This document shows positions 47,943 to 59,660 of a DNA stretch of 64,000 bases, one piece after another. Below the pieces are notes generated by a model. It searched no databases. It worked only from the letters and a program-made list of their open reading frames with translations, and was not told the origin of the DNA. The stretch lies in assembly GCA_902486425.1 (NCBI GenBank), contig CABTOK010000009.1:42194-106193 (forward strand). Reading direction: 5' to 3'. The stretch comes from an uncultured Eubacteriales bacterium. GTDB lineage: Bacteria > Bacillota > Clostridia > Christensenellales > Borkfalkiaceae. Made by a program: the position numbers and the translations under genes. The first letter of the stretch is position 1. The number at the start of each line of letters is the position of its first letter.

Positions 47943-48096
47943 ACTAAAAAGAGGGTGTAAGCTCTCTTTTTTTATGGGACTTTGATTTCGGGTTTACCGC
48001 CGCGGCGATCGTCTGTTTTCCGGCTTTATTAGTTTTACAGGACATAAAAATCGGAAAGTTTATTTACAAAAGGCAATAATTAAAAGAGGTATATAT

Positions 48097-48726
48097 ATGA
48101 ACAAAAAAGTAGTAGTTTTCGACCACCCCCTTATTACGCATAAAATTTCTCTGATGAGAGATAAAAACACTTCGTCGAAGCAGTTCAGAGAACTCGTAGA
48201 AGAAGTAGCGATGCTCATGACTTATGAAGTTTTCAGAGATTTCCCGATGAAAGAGGTCGAAGTCGAAACGCCCATTACGACTACAAAGTGCAAAGTTCTC
48301 GCTTCCGACGTAGCGGTAGTTCCCATTTTAAGAGCGGGACTCGGACTTGTCGAAGGCGTACTCGACCTTTTCCCGACGGCAAAGGTAGGACATATCGGCA
48401 TGTACCGCGACGAAGAAACTCTCGAACCGCACGAATACTTCTGCAAACTTCCTTCCGACATTGCAGAAAGAAACGTTTTAGTTGTAGATCCCATGATGGC
48501 GACCGGCGGATCGGCTATAGACGCGGTTAAAGCTCTTAAAAAGAGAAACTGCAAAAACATATCGTTTATGTGTATGATAGCCGCTCCCGAAGGAATAAAG
48601 ACGTTCACCGAAATGTATCCGGACGTTCCCGTATACTGCGGCGCGCTCGACGAAAAACTTAACGAAAACGGCTATATCGTTCCCGGTCTCGGCGATGCGG
48701 GCGACAGAATTTTCGGAACGAAATAA
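48097..48726 (+). CDS. upp: Uracil phosphoribosyltransferase
   Basis: 209 aa with [24 protein letters not shown], the PRPP motif [13 protein letters not shown] and [16 protein letters not shown]. Confidence 0.9.
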   Translation: MNKKVVVFDHPLITHKISLMRDKNTSSKQFRELVEEVAMLMTYEVFRDFPMKEVEVETPITTTKCKVLASDVAVVPILRAGLGLVEGVLDLFPTAKVGHIGMYRDEETLEPHEYFCKLPSDIAERNVLVVDPMMATGGSAIDAVKALKKRNCKNISFMCMIAAPEGIKTFTEMYPDVPVYCGALDEKLNENGYIVPGLGDAGDRIFGTK

Positions 48727-48744
48727 AATCATAATAAAAATAAA

Positions 48745-48770
48745 AAAGAGCGGTAAGCCGCTCTTTTTTA
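48745..48770 (+). terminator. upp rho-independent terminator
   Basis: AAAAAGAGCGG-TAAG-CCGCTCTTTTTT. Confidence 0.8.
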
Positions 48771-49105
48771 CGTCTTAGAAACGACTGAAGTCAGACTTTG
48801 TAAAAAATTCCCGTGTAGCGTAATTTGCGTTTCGGTTTTATGATTTTTTATAAAAAAGCGACCGGTATTTTATATAAAACCAAAAAAAATATTAAAAATC
48901 ATAAAACAAATAAAACGGATGGTATTCGGCGGTAACGGTATCTGCTAAACCGTACCGTAAAATTAAAAAAGAACGCGATTTTATCGCTGAAAAACGGCTT
49001 GAAAAGTTAAAATTTTAAAAAAATAACAAAAAATCTTGAAAACCGTTAAATTTTATGATAATATTATAAATAATAAATATAAAAGGGCGAAGAGGTGAAT
49101 TTTTA

Positions 49106-49747
49106 ATGGGCAATCTCGTAATAACCGTAGGAAGAGAATTCGGCTCGGGAGGGCGTACCGTCGCAAAACTTGTCGCCGAACATTTCGGAATAAAATGTTA
49201 CGATAAAAACATTCTCGCGCTGGCTGCCGAAAAGAGCGGTCTTAACGAAAAATTTATTGAAAGTTATGACGAAAAAGCGGTGTCGAGTCTCGGATTTTTA
49301 ACAGGACAGGGATTTTATTTTTCTCCGAGAGGAGCGAATAACGACATTCATGTCGAAGCGTATTTTTCGCAGTTCAACGTAATAAGAGAACTTGCGAAAA
49401 AAGAATCGTGCGTTATCGTCGGAAGAGCCGGAAACTACATTCTGCGCGACGAACCGGGTATGATTTCGGTATTTATCTCTGCGGACAGAGCCGACAGAGT
49501 AGACCGTATAATGAAGTACGAAAAGATTTCGGACAAACAGGCGGAGAAGGCCGTCGACAAGTACGACAAAAACAGAGCCAAATACTATAACTTTTTTTCG
49601 AACATGAAGTGGGGCGAAGCCAAAACTTACGACCTTTGCATCAACAGTTCGAAGTTAGGTATCGAAGGCGCCGCTAAAATCGTCATCGATTACGTCGAAG
49701 CGAGACTTAAAGCCGAAGCGGATAAAAATTCGGGCAAAACCGTTTGA
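49106..49747 (+). CDS. Cytidylate kinase-like family protein (P-loop NTPase)
   Basis: 213 aa. N-terminal ITVGREFGSGGRTVAKLVAEHFGIKCYDK resembles the CMP-kinase-like family. Confidence 0.55.
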   Translation: MGNLVITVGREFGSGGRTVAKLVAEHFGIKCYDKNILALAAEKSGLNEKFIESYDEKAVSSLGFLTGQGFYFSPRGANNDIHVEAYFSQFNVIRELAKKESCVIVGRAGNYILRDEPGMISVFISADRADRVDRIMKYEKISDKQAEKAVDKYDKNRAKYYNFFSNMKWGEAKTYDLCINSSKLGIEGAAKIVIDYVEARLKAEADKNSGKTV

Positions 49748-49926
49748 TTATTCAATCGGTTAACCGTTTGATCGGGTTAAATTTTATTTTATAAATACGG
49801 CGAAGAACTTTCGCATAATATTTAGAAGGGTAATAACACGGAACGCTTTATCATAGAAGGGTAAACGGAGTAAGGCTTTCCGGATTTTACGAATATATTG
49901 CGGCAGGGGCCGCTTATGGAGGAATT

Positions 49927-51327
49927 ATGAGCGCAAAATTTGTAGCGAGTACTTATCCGAAGACCAATCCTTACGGAAAAGAAGTCGTTAAAAAAAGTAA
50001 AGGCTTACGCGCCTTCGGAATAATCTTCGGAATTATATCGGTCGCGCTGTTTGCCGTATCGATGGTTTTACTTTTTGTTCTCAAAACGAACTTTAAGACA
50101 GCCGGAGGCGAAACCGTTACGGCGGGACTTTTAGACTATATAATAAACTACGCCACGGGCAAAACTATAGTAGTACCGGAAGAACTTAACGGGAACGGGA
50201 AAATTTTCCAGATAGTTCACGCCGCTATAACGGGCGTATTTATTTTTTGTTCTCTTTTGTATCTTATCATTTCGATTATTTCGATGTTCAAAAAGAGAAT
50301 GCAGAAGAATACAAACTTAAGCTTTACCGCAGGTATAGTTTTGGCGGCGTTATGGTATATGTCGGTAAAAGAACTTTTCAATATGGGAGCATTCTATTAT
50401 TCCGGCACTATCTTAGCAGAACCCGTAAAAGCCGGACTTATTCCTTTTACTCTCGCCGGCTATCTTACTTCGGCGGCGCTTATTTTATGCTCGGTATACG
50501 ACGTTATAAAAATGTATTCGAACGCCGGAAGATTTAAAAAAGAAAACGAAGTCGCTCTTTCGTCCGGAAAAGTTGTCTTTCTTAAAATATTCGCTCTTTT
50601 ATCCACGGCGGCGTTACTTGTCGGACTTGTAATGTTCGCAAAGATAATCGGCGCAAACACATTTAAAGATAATATGAATTGCAAGGGATATTTCGACTAT
50701 GCGACGGATGCTCCTTTCGGAACGCTTGCAATGTCGATATTTATGTTTACGGTGAAGATCGACGGCGTAACCAAAGGCTTATGTATACAGATTCTTGCCG
50801 AATCGTTATTCATGTTTGCGACAACGCTCTCGATAGTATATCTTGTGGCAAATCTCATTATGTGCGTTTTAAGACTTTTTGTTCCGAACGGATATATGAG
50901 AATGTCCGATTATTTCGATAAATATTCGGTAGGCAACGCAGTTTTGAGAACGGCTACCTTCGTAGTTCTCGCCGACTTAGTCATGCTTGTAGGCAAGTTC
51001 ATGGAAATGAAAGATTTTTCCGAAATAACTTCGCTGTTCACTCTCGATAGTCTGTGGGATATAATTTTGTTCGGCGCGGCGATAGTTCTTGCGATTATCT
51101 ACACCGTCGTAAGAAACAAGGACAGAAACGCCTATTATGAAAACGTGGTTTACGGTCATTTTTTCGAAACCGAAGATGTTCGCATAAAAGCTAATGCGGC
51201 TCCTTCGGTACCCGTAAAAGAGGCAAAACCCGAAAAACTTAAAAAGGGAACTAAGCCCCCTCTCACGACAGATTCCGACAAAGGAAGTCTTATCGAAGCC
51301 AACGGCTCGCCTTTCTCGTCGCTGTAA
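49927..51327 (+). CDS. Hypothetical polytopic membrane protein (about 10 TM)
   Basis: 466 aa with multiple hydrophobic helices, a Lys/Pro-rich C-terminal tail and no recognisable motif. Confidence 0.5.
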   Translation: MSAKFVASTYPKTNPYGKEVVKKSKGLRAFGIIFGIISVALFAVSMVLLFVLKTNFKTAGGETVTAGLLDYIINYATGKTIVVPEELNGNGKIFQIVHAAITGVFIFCSLLYLIISIISMFKKRMQKNTNLSFTAGIVLAALWYMSVKELFNMGAFYYSGTILAEPVKAGLIPFTLAGYLTSAALILCSVYDVIKMYSNAGRFKKENEVALSSGKVVFLKIFALLSTAALLVGLVMFAKIIGANTFKDNMNCKGYFDYATDAPFGTLAMSIFMFTVKIDGVTKGLCIQILAESLFMFATTLSIVYLVANLIMCVLRLFVPNGYMRMSDYFDKYSVGNAVLRTATFVVLADLVMLVGKFMEMKDFSEITSLFTLDSLWDIILFGAAIVLAIIYTVVRNKDRNAYYENVVYGHFFETEDVRIKANAAPSVPVKEAKPEKLKKGTKPPLTTDSDKGSLIEANGSPFSSL

Positions 51328-51704
51328 TAAAAAGGACTTGTTAAACGCTACACGGTGCGGCGAAACCGTACCGCAGAACTAAAATAAGACCGGAATAAAA
51401 AAAACAAAAAGGACTCTTTGCGGTCCTTTTTTAACGCAAAGTAACGGTAAGATTGCTTTCAGACCGTGTCGCCGCCGATATTTAAGGAACGGTTATATGG
51501 CTAAAAATAACCAAGCGATTTGTGCAAAAAGCCACAAAATTAAAGTTAAAGAGTAAAAATTTTAAATTAACTGTTGACTAAGTCGTTTTTTTATTATATT
51601 ATTATTTTAGTGCGATTTAATATACAACTATTATATTAAATATTTATATATTAAAAAATGCAAATTTCGTACTGAGACGCGATACTACGCAAAAAGGAAA
51701 GATT

Positions 51705-52013
51705 ATGAACGAAACTATTTCATCTATACTCGCAGCCGAAAAACAGGCGGAAGAAATAATAGAACAAGCTGCCGAAACTGCGAAAGAAACCGTTTATAAT
51801 GCGGAGCAGGCGGCGGACAAACTTAAAAAAGCCGCAGCGGAAGAAATCAAAACCCGTCGCGCAGAGAATGCGAAAGCAATCGCCGCAAAGTCCGACGAAG
51901 TTTACGCCGCGGAAATAGCGAGCGGCGAAGAAAAAGCCGAAGAGCTTAAAAAAGCGGTAAGCGGAAAAATCGACGCGTGCGCGGACGAAGTAGTAAAGGA
52001 AATTATCGGATAA
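51705..52013 (+). CDS. ntpF: V/A-type ATPase small stalk subunit (E. hirae NtpF-type; G/H-like)
   Basis: 102 aa, Ala/Glu/Lys-rich coiled coil, first gene of the ntp operon. Confidence 0.6.
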   Translation: MNETISSILAAEKQAEEIIEQAAETAKETVYNAEQAADKLKKAAAEEIKTRRAENAKAIAAKSDEVYAAEIASGEEKAEELKKAVSGKIDACADEVVKEIIG

Positions 52014-52014
52014 A

Positions 52015-54036
52015 ATGGCAATCGTCGAAATGACAAAGCTCAAACTTTGCGCTTTGTCCTCACAGAAAAACGAAATACTCGACGCGCTTACGAAAACGCG
52101 TTCGGTCGAGGTTATCGACACCGAGGAGGTAGCCGATACTTTTCTGCCGTCCGAAACCGTTCCCGAAGAACTTTTGAAAAAGTCGGGCGAAGTGAAGGAC
52201 TGCATAGAGTTCGTGCTTAAAACTTTATCCGCAGTAAAAGGCGAAGATTTTTACGATAAATCCCGCGACGTAAAGGGGCTTTCCGGCGTGCCGGTAATAG
52301 GCTTCGACGAGTTCTTTTCGATAAAAGAAAGGGAAGACGAACTTAACGAATACGTCGAAAGGACTTTGAGTTACGAAAAAAGAATCGCAGAAGAAGTTTC
52401 CGCCCGTCAGAAGATAAAGGCTTTACACGAGCAGTATATTCCTTACGAAGCGGTCGAAGGCGTGTTTTCGGATTATAAAGACACGTTAAAGACCAAGGTA
52501 AGACTCGGTCAGATAAAAAAAGACGGAATAAAACTTCTTTCGGCTCTTTCGGAGACCGGCGTTCCGGTAGTCGTAACCGAATATTCGACGTCTGATCCCG
52601 TTACCGTTTCGATAGTGAGCCTTAAAGAAAACGACGATCTTATAACTCCAGTTCTTTCGTCCAACGGATTTACGAAATGTCCGTTTACGGACGGCGTGTC
52701 GGCTTCGGAAGAAATAAAACGATTGAGCGAAGAATATAAAGAGTCGTTAAAAAAGGAAACGGAATTATTAAAAGCCGTTTACGACGAAGCGGATAAAATA
52801 AAAGATCTGTATGTTCTCGCCGATTACTATAAATTCGGACTCGAAAAGTTCAAAGATTCCGAAAAGTTCAGATATACGTCCAAGACTTTCGTTCTCGAAG
52901 GATACCTTCCGAAAGAAAAGGAAGACGAAGTAAAATCCGCGCTTAATAAAGTAACGGAAGCGGTTGTTGTCGAATATTCCGTTCCGACGGACGACGACAC
53001 CCCGCCGACCTTATGCAAAAACAACAAACTCGTAAGCCAGGCGGAATTCGTAACCGATATGTATTCGACGCCCGATTACAGAGAATACGATCCGAACGGC
53101 TTTGTGTTCTTCTTTTACATGATGTTCATGGGTGTAATCATGGCGGACGTAGGTTACGGCGCGCTTATGATAATGTTGGGACTTGTTCTTGCAAAAAGAA
53201 CCAAACCCGGCAAATCGCCGAAACTCTGGAACGTCATTGCGATAAGCGGAGCTTTCACCATTTTATGGGGAGCGTTGTTCAACTCGTATTTCGGGTTCGC
53301 TCTTCCGTACAAAGCGATTCTTCCGAGTCCGATACCGGACGGCGGAGACACGAGCGGAATGAAACTTATACTACTGTTGTGTCTGTTGATGGGAGTTATA
53401 CATATCGCGGCGGGATACCTCGTAAAAGCGATAAATTTCTTCCGCAAAGGCGATATATTCGGCGGTATATGCGAAGGCATTGCGTGGGTGGTATTCTTTA
53501 TAGGATTCGTCTTCGGAGTGTTCGTATTCATACTCAACTATCTCGTTCCGGGATTTATCGATTCGCTTAAACCGAACGTCAAAAACTTTTTCGAAACAAT
53601 GACTGTCCCCGGACTTATTACGGCGGGCGTCGGACTTGCTTTTGCGGCTATATTTGCGGGAAGGCACGAAAGAGGTTTCGGTAAATTTACCAAAGCGTTC
53701 GGAGCGGTATACGGACTTATCAATCTTATGAGCGACATACTCTCGTATGCGAGACTTTTCGGACTTATGCTTTCGGGTATGATGATAGCTCAGACATTCA
53801 ACGTGAACTTAGCCGCTCCAATAATGGCTAACGGCGGATTCGGTATAGTTGCAGGTATACTTATAATGATTGCGGGACACGCTTTCAACCTCGCAATGGG
53901 CGTACTCGGCGCGTATATACACGACAGCAGACTTCAGTATATCGAATTCTTCGGCAAATTCTACACGGGCGAAGGCAGACCTTTCGTACCGCTCGGATCG
54001 AAGTACGATTATATTTACGTTTCGCCCGAAAAGTAA
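52015..54036 (+). CDS. ntpI: V-type ATPase subunit I (a-subunit)
   Basis: 673 aa with a hydrophilic N-terminal half and a 7-8 TM C-terminal half. Confidence 0.85.
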   Translation: MAIVEMTKLKLCALSSQKNEILDALTKTRSVEVIDTEEVADTFLPSETVPEELLKKSGEVKDCIEFVLKTLSAVKGEDFYDKSRDVKGLSGVPVIGFDEFFSIKEREDELNEYVERTLSYEKRIAEEVSARQKIKALHEQYIPYEAVEGVFSDYKDTLKTKVRLGQIKKDGIKLLSALSETGVPVVVTEYSTSDPVTVSIVSLKENDDLITPVLSSNGFTKCPFTDGVSASEEIKRLSEEYKESLKKETELLKAVYDEADKIKDLYVLADYYKFGLEKFKDSEKFRYTSKTFVLEGYLPKEKEDEVKSALNKVTEAVVVEYSVPTDDDTPPTLCKNNKLVSQAEFVTDMYSTPDYREYDPNGFVFFFYMMFMGVIMADVGYGALMIMLGLVLAKRTKPGKSPKLWNVIAISGAFTILWGALFNSYFGFALPYKAILPSPIPDGGDTSGMKLILLLCLLMGVIHIAAGYLVKAINFFRKGDIFGGICEGIAWVVFFIGFVFGVFVFILNYLVPGFIDSLKPNVKNFFETMTVPGLITAGVGLAFAAIFAGRHERGFGKFTKAFGAVYGLINLMSDILSYARLFGLMLSGMMIAQTFNVNLAAPIMANGGFGIVAGILIMIAGHAFNLAMGVLGAYIHDSRLQYIEFFGKFYTGEGRPFVPLGSKYDYIYVSPEK

Positions 54037-54116
54037 TCGGGATACATCAAAAAATAAAACAAAAGGCAGGCTTTGCCGCCTTATAAAAAAGTAACATAAT
54101 AACGGAGGAATATATT

Positions 54117-54557
54117 ATGTCAGGACAAGTTATCGCAATTTTGAGTTTGGCTCTTACCGCCGCGCTTTGCGGCGTAGGTTCTGCGCTCGGACTTTTCAAA
54201 ACCGGCAGCGCGGCTGCGGGCGTTTTGTCTGAAGATCCCAAAAAGTTCAGCAAAGTACTCGTACTCGTAGTTTTACCCGCTACTCAGGGTATTTACGGTT
54301 TCGTATTCGGAATCATCGGCTTAGGCAGCGTAACCGCGACCATGACGGTAGCGGCAGGCTTAAAAGTATTGATGGCTTCGCTTCCGATGATGGTAACGGG
54401 TTTAATCACCGCCATCTTCCAGGGACTTACTTCGGTTGCGTGTATCAACACCATCGCAAAGCAGGATTCGCTTTCGGGTAAGCTCATTCTTTTCCCGGCA
54501 ATGGTCGAAACTTACGCGATTTTAGGTCTTGTCGTTTCGATTCTTTTAATCGCTTAA
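54117..54557 (+). CDS. ntpK: V-type ATPase proteolipid subunit K (c-subunit)
   Basis: 146 aa. Two-hairpin, four-TM proteolipid with Gly/Ala-rich helices. Confidence 0.85.
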   Translation: MSGQVIAILSLALTAALCGVGSALGLFKTGSAAAGVLSEDPKKFSKVLVLVVLPATQGIYGFVFGIIGLGSVTATMTVAAGLKVLMASLPMMVTGLITAIFQGLTSVACINTIAKQDSLSGKLILFPAMVETYAILGLVVSILLIA

Positions 54558-54589
54558 TTTTGCCGGAAATAAATTAAAAGGTAAATTAA

Positions 54590-55165
54590 ATGGACAGCAA
54601 AGAAGCTATAATCGGCACGATAATGTCCGAAGCAGAAGAAAAAGCGGCTAAAATCACCCAAAAGGGTAACGAAGACGCCGATAAACTTATTTCCGACGCG
54701 AAGGCTTTTGCCGAAGATCTTAACAATAAACTTAAAAGCGAATACGCTTTTAACGAAGCCGAAACTCTCCGCCGCAGAAAAACGGTGGCGGCTCTCGACG
54801 CGAAGAAGCTCGTTCTCAAAGCGAAACAGGAAGTTTTGTCCGAAGTTTTTTCAAGAGCGTACGACAAACTTTGCGCCCTTCAAAAGTCCGACTATCTGGC
54901 TCTCGTCGACAAACTTCTCGTATTAAGCGCGGAAGACGGGGATGAAGTCGTTTTATCGGACGACGGCGTGATCGCAGACGGCGATATAAAATCGCTTGGC
55001 GTTTATAAAGAGAGAAACTTAACCGTTTCGTCCGAAAAGGGAGACTTTAAGGGCGGCGTAAAACTTATAGGCAAAATATGCGACAAAGATTTGTCGTTCA
55101 GACAGGTTCTTGACGAAAAGAAGGATTCTCTTTCCGCAAAAATGGCGGAAGAACTCTTTTCGTGA
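54590..55165 (+). CDS. ntpE: V-type ATPase subunit E
   Basis: 191 aa with an N-terminal coiled coil (EEKAAKITQKGNEDADKLISDAKAFAEDLNNKLK). Confidence 0.8.
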   Translation: MDSKEAIIGTIMSEAEEKAAKITQKGNEDADKLISDAKAFAEDLNNKLKSEYAFNEAETLRRRKTVAALDAKKLVLKAKQEVLSEVFSRAYDKLCALQKSDYLALVDKLLVLSAEDGDEVVLSDDGVIADGDIKSLGVYKERNLTVSSEKGDFKGGVKLIGKICDKDLSFRQVLDEKKDSLSAKMAEELFS

Positions 55166-55184
55166 AATAAAAGATAATTAAAAC

Positions 55185-56156
55185 ATGAAAAATTCCACGT
55201 ACTCAAATGCGCTTGCCATTGCTTCCGAAAAGTATTTTTTGGGCAACGAACGCATCAACAGAATGACCGGGGCAACTCCCGAAGAGGCTCTCGGAATATT
55301 GGCGGAAGTCGATTTCGGCGGCGGCGTAAGCGTTAAATCGCCGCTTGAATTCGAGCTTCTTATCCGCGCGGAAGAAAATAAGCTGTTCGATTTTATAAAA
55401 GAATACTGCACGTCGGAAGCTTTTACCGAATTTTTTATTACCGGCAACGATTTTTATAACGCGCAGGCATATTTAAGAGCAAAATATCTTAAATTCGATC
55501 CGGAACCTATGCTTATGGCCGAAGGTCTTATGAAATGCGCGGAGCTTAAAGAAAAGATTCTCGTAGACGAATACGACGGTTTCGGAAAAGAACTTAAAGA
55601 AGCTCTTTTAGCCGCCGACAGAATGTTCGTCAAACACACGGCGACAGGCTCTAAAATAGACGAACTTTTCAAATCCGCTCTTTATAAAAGGCTTTACGTC
55701 GTTTCAAAGAAGGATTCCGATCTTAAAAATCTTTACGGCTTAAAGGCGGACGAAATAAACGTTTCGCTCGCTCTCCGCAAACCTTACGAAGAAGCCGAAA
55801 AATCGTTCGTTCCGGGTGGCAGTTTCGATAAAAGCGAACTTAAAGCCATATCTATGGGAACTATAGATATAAGTTCCGTAAAAAAGAATAAAGAAAAGGC
55901 AGAAACGTTATCGCTCGCATTCAGGGCGAAAGAAGGAAACCGCGCGCTTTCGGAATTTGAAAAACATTCGGACGATCTTATTATGGAATATCTTCTTAAA
56001 AAGAAGTATTCTTCCGAAAAAATCTATCCCTTCATGTTATACTGCTATTATAAAAAACGCGAACTCGAAAACGTGCGCATAGTAATGGTAGGATTGCTGA
56101 ACGGCATGTCCGAAGCGGATATAAAGGGGAGGCTGAGAAAGAGCTATGAATGGTAA
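55185..56156 (+). CDS. ntpC: V-type ATPase subunit C (d-subunit)
   Basis: 323 aa. Helical protein positioned between the E and F genes. Confidence 0.8.
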   Translation: MKNSTYSNALAIASEKYFLGNERINRMTGATPEEALGILAEVDFGGGVSVKSPLEFELLIRAEENKLFDFIKEYCTSEAFTEFFITGNDFYNAQAYLRAKYLKFDPEPMLMAEGLMKCAELKEKILVDEYDGFGKELKEALLAADRMFVKHTATGSKIDELFKSALYKRLYVVSKKDSDLKNLYGLKADEINVSLALRKPYEEAEKSFVPGGSFDKSELKAISMGTIDISSVKKNKEKAETLSLAFRAKEGNRALSEFEKHSDDLIMEYLLKKKYSSEKIYPFMLYCYYKKRELENVRIVMVGLLNGMSEADIKGRLRKSYEW

Positions 56157-56484
56157 AATGGCGATAATCGGCGACGGGGACGGCGTAACCGTCTTTTCGT
56201 CGGTAGGTATAGTTCCGTTCCCCGTAAAAGGTGCGGAAGAAGCAGCCTCGACACTAAAAAAACTCGCAAAAGAATATAAAATAATTTTCGTAACCGACGA
56301 TATAGCAGAGCAGATAGACGAAACGATAAAAAAATACGTTTCGGCTTCGTACCCGATAGTTCTCTCCGTTCCGTCGGGCAAGGGAAGCAACGGTTACGGC
56401 ACGGCGGTACTCAAAGACGCTATGGAAAAGGCTCTCGGCGTTGATATTTTATTTAACGTCAAAGACAAGGAAGGAAACAAATAA
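56146..56484 (+). CDS. ntpG: V-type ATPase subunit F
   Basis: 112 aa. [21 protein letters not shown] is the typical subunit F N-terminus. The gene overlaps its neighbours. Confidence 0.8.
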   Translation: MNGKMAIIGDGDGVTVFSSVGIVPFPVKGAEEAASTLKKLAKEYKIIFVTDDIAEQIDETIKKYVSASYPIVLSVPSGKGSNGYGTAVLKDAMEKALGVDILFNVKDKEGNK

Positions 56485-58244
56485 TGCAAGGTAAAGTTAT
56501 AAAAGTTGCCGGACCGCTCATCGTTGCGGAAAACATGGCAGACAGCAAAATTTACGACGTAGTCCGCGTTGGCGAATTAGGTCTTGTCGGCGAAATAATA
56601 GAACTCCGCGGCGACAAGGCTTCCATTCAGGTTTACGAAGAAACCAGCGGCTTAGGTCCAGGCGACATCGTCGAATCGACTTTCGCTCCTCTCTCGGTCG
56701 AACTCGCTCCCGGACTTATCGAAGGCATTTTCGACGGTATTCAGAGACCGCTCGACAAGGTTTACGCAAAGTACGGCGACAGAATTTCGAGAGGTATTAA
56801 GGTAAACAATATCGACAGGGACAAAAAGTGGACATTTAAACCGGTCAAAAAAGTCGGCGACAAGGTTTCGGCCGGAGATATAATCGGCGTCGTCGACGAA
56901 ACGGCTATCGTTTCGCATAAAATAATGGTTCCTTACGGCGTCGAAGGCGAACTTACCGCAATATATCCGGGAGATTTCACCATAACGGATACCGTCGCAA
57001 AGGTAAAAACGAAAGACGGCGAAAAAGAACTTTGCATGCTTCAGAAGTGGCCCGTCCGTCGCGGCAGACCTTATAAATCGAAAATCACCCCCAATGAACC
57101 GCTTATCACCGGTCAGAGGGTTATAGATACTTTGTTCCCCGTCGCAAAAGGCGGCGTGGCATGCGTTCCGGGACCTTTCGGAAGCGGCAAAACGGTAGTT
57201 CAGCATCAGCTCGCGAAATGGGCGGACGCAGACATAATCGTATATATAGGCTGCGGCGAACGCGGTAATGAAATGACCGACGTTCTTAACGAATTCCCCG
57301 CGCTTAAAGATCCCAAATCGGGCGAACCGCTTATGAAGAGAACGGTTCTTATAGCAAACACATCGGATATGCCCGTCGCCGCGCGTGAAGCGTCTATATA
57401 TACGGGTATAACCATTTCGGAATATTTCAGAGACATGGGTTACAACGTAGCGATCATGGCGGACTCCACTTCCCGCTGGGCGGAAGCTTTGCGTGAAATG
57501 AGCGGACGTCTCGAAGAAATGCCCGGCGAAGAAGGTTACCCCGCATATCTTTCGTCGAGACTTGCCGAATTCTATGAAAGAGCAGGTTACGTTTACACGT
57601 TAGGCTCCGACGAAAGAAAAGGCTCTATAACGGCGATCGGCGCGGTTTCGCCTCAGGGCGGCGACCTTTCGGAACCCGTTTCGCAGGCAACACTCCGAAT
57701 AGTAAAAGTATTCTGGGGACTTTCTGCCTCGCTCGCTTATAAAAGACACTTCCCGGCGATCGACTGGCTTACGAGTTATTCGCTCTATGCGGACAGACTT
57801 ACCCCGTGGTACGAAGACAACGTATCGGCGGAATTTGCAAAATACCGCTTATTCATAGCGACAGTTTTGCAGGAAGAAGCCGAACTCGACGAAATCGTAA
57901 GACTCGTTGGCGCAGACGCGCTTTCGTATAAAGACAGACTTACGATGGAAACCGCCCGTACCATAAGAGAAGACTATCTTCATCAGAACGCTTTCAACGA
58001 AGTAGACACGTATACTTCTCTTTCAAAACAGCACAAAATGCTGAAACTTATTTACGACTTTAACGAATTCGGACAGGCTGCACTTTCAAGAGGCGCAGAG
58101 TATTCCGATATTATAAATCTTCCCGAAAAGGAAAAAATCGGCAGAGCGAAATACGTTCCCGAAGAAAACATAAGCGAACTCGACGATCTCGACATAACGC
58201 TCTGCTCGGAACTCAAAGCGCTCGGAGGAGAAAGCGATGCTTAA
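56484..58244 (+). CDS. ntpA: V-type ATPase catalytic subunit A
   Basis: 586 aa. Walker [11 protein letters not shown] and the non-homologous insert region. Confidence 0.95.
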   Translation: MQGKVIKVAGPLIVAENMADSKIYDVVRVGELGLVGEIIELRGDKASIQVYEETSGLGPGDIVESTFAPLSVELAPGLIEGIFDGIQRPLDKVYAKYGDRISRGIKVNNIDRDKKWTFKPVKKVGDKVSAGDIIGVVDETAIVSHKIMVPYGVEGELTAIYPGDFTITDTVAKVKTKDGEKELCMLQKWPVRRGRPYKSKITPNEPLITGQRVIDTLFPVAKGGVACVPGPFGSGKTVVQHQLAKWADADIIVYIGCGERGNEMTDVLNEFPALKDPKSGEPLMKRTVLIANTSDMPVAAREASIYTGITISEYFRDMGYNVAIMADSTSRWAEALREMSGRLEEMPGEEGYPAYLSSRLAEFYERAGYVYTLGSDERKGSITAIGAVSPQGGDLSEPVSQATLRIVKVFWGLSASLAYKRHFPAIDWLTSYSLYADRLTPWYEDNVSAEFAKYRLFIATVLQEEAELDEIVRLVGADALSYKDRLTMETARTIREDYLHQNAFNEVDTYTSLSKQHKMLKLIYDFNEFGQAALSRGAEYSDIINLPEKEKIGRAKYVPEENISELDDLDITLCSELKALGGESDA

Positions 58245-59613
58245 GGAATATAAAACCATTAAAGAGGTCGTAGGACCTATAATGCTCGTCGAAGGCGTCG
58301 AAGGCGCAAAGTATAACGAACTCGTCGAAATAAGACAAAAAAACGGCGAAGTCCGTTACGGCAAGGTTCTCGAAGTAAATAAAGATAAAGCTCTCGTTCA
58401 GCTTTTCGAAAGCGCGCAGGGCTTGCAGATTTCTACGTCCAAAGCCGTTTTTATCGGTAAAGGACAGGAACTTGCCGTTTCCGAAGACATGCTCGGAAGA
58501 GTTTTCGACGGCATGGGCAACCCCAAAGACGGCGGCGCGCCGATTATTGCCGAAAAGTACATGGATATAAACGGCGAACCGATTAACCCCGCCGCGAGAG
58601 AATGTCCGGACGAGTTTATTCAGACGGGCGTTTCCGCAATAGACGGCCTTAACACGCTCGTAAGAGGTCAGAAGCTCCCCGTGTTCTCGATGAGCGGTCT
58701 TCCTCATGCGGAACTTGCCGCGCAGATAGCTCGTCAGGCTAAGGTTTTAGGTACGGACGAAAAGTTCGCGGTCGTATTCGCGGCGGTCGGCATCACTTAC
58801 GAAGAAGCCGATTATTTCGTACAGGACTTTAAAAAGACCGGAGCTATCGAAAGAACGGTTATGTTCACAAACCTTGCAAACGATCCCGCGATCGAACGTA
58901 TAGCGACGCCGCATCTTGCGCTTACCGCTGCGGAATATCTCGCTTACGATCTCGGTATGCACGTCCTCGTAATAATCACCGATATCACCAACTATTGCGA
59001 AGCTCTGAAAGAAGTTTCGGCAGCCCGTAAAGAAGTTCCCGGAAGAAGAGGATACCCCGGTTATCTTTATACCGACCTTGCTTCCATGTACGAAAGAGCG
59101 GGCAGAATAAAGGGCAAAAAAGGTTCCATTACCCAGATACCCATTCTCACCATGCCCGAAGATGATAAAACGCATCCCATTCCCGACCTTACCGGATACA
59201 TTACCGAAGGTCAGATCATCTTATCGCGTGAACTTTATAAAAAAGGCGTAAATCCGCCTATCGACGTTCTTCCGTCGCTTTCCCGTCTTAAAGACAAGGG
59301 TATAGGCAAAGGAAAAACGAGAGAAGACCACGCCGACACCATGAACCAGCTCTTCGCGGCGTACGCGAGAGGCAAAGAAGCGAAAGAACTCGCCGCTATC
59401 TTAGGCGAAGCCGCTCTTACCGACATCGACAAACTTTACGCAAAATTTGCCGAAGAGTTTGAAAAGAAGTACGTTTCGCAAGGATTTACCGCAAACAGAA
59501 GCATTGAAGAAACTCTCGACATCGGCTGGGAACTTCTTAAAATATTACCGAGATCGGAACTTAAACGTATTAAAGAAGTTTATATCGAACAGCATCTCGG
59601 CAAAGAAGAATAA
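58237..59613 (+). CDS. ntpB: V-type ATPase subunit B
   Basis: 458 aa, regulatory B subunit; the P-loop is degenerate, as expected. Confidence 0.95.
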   Translation: MLKEYKTIKEVVGPIMLVEGVEGAKYNELVEIRQKNGEVRYGKVLEVNKDKALVQLFESAQGLQISTSKAVFIGKGQELAVSEDMLGRVFDGMGNPKDGGAPIIAEKYMDINGEPINPAARECPDEFIQTGVSAIDGLNTLVRGQKLPVFSMSGLPHAELAAQIARQAKVLGTDEKFAVVFAAVGITYEEADYFVQDFKKTGAIERTVMFTNLANDPAIERIATPHLALTAAEYLAYDLGMHVLVIITDITNYCEALKEVSAARKEVPGRRGYPGYLYTDLASMYERAGRIKGKKGSITQIPILTMPEDDKTHPIPDLTGYITEGQIILSRELYKKGVNPPIDVLPSLSRLKDKGIGKGKTREDHADTMNQLFAAYARGKEAKELAAILGEAALTDIDKLYAKFAEEFEKKYVSQGFTANRSIEETLDIGWELLKILPRSELKRIKEVYIEQHLGKEE

Positions 59614-59660
59614 TTTACCGAAAATATCTTAACCCGAAAATATAAAAAACGGAGTAAAAA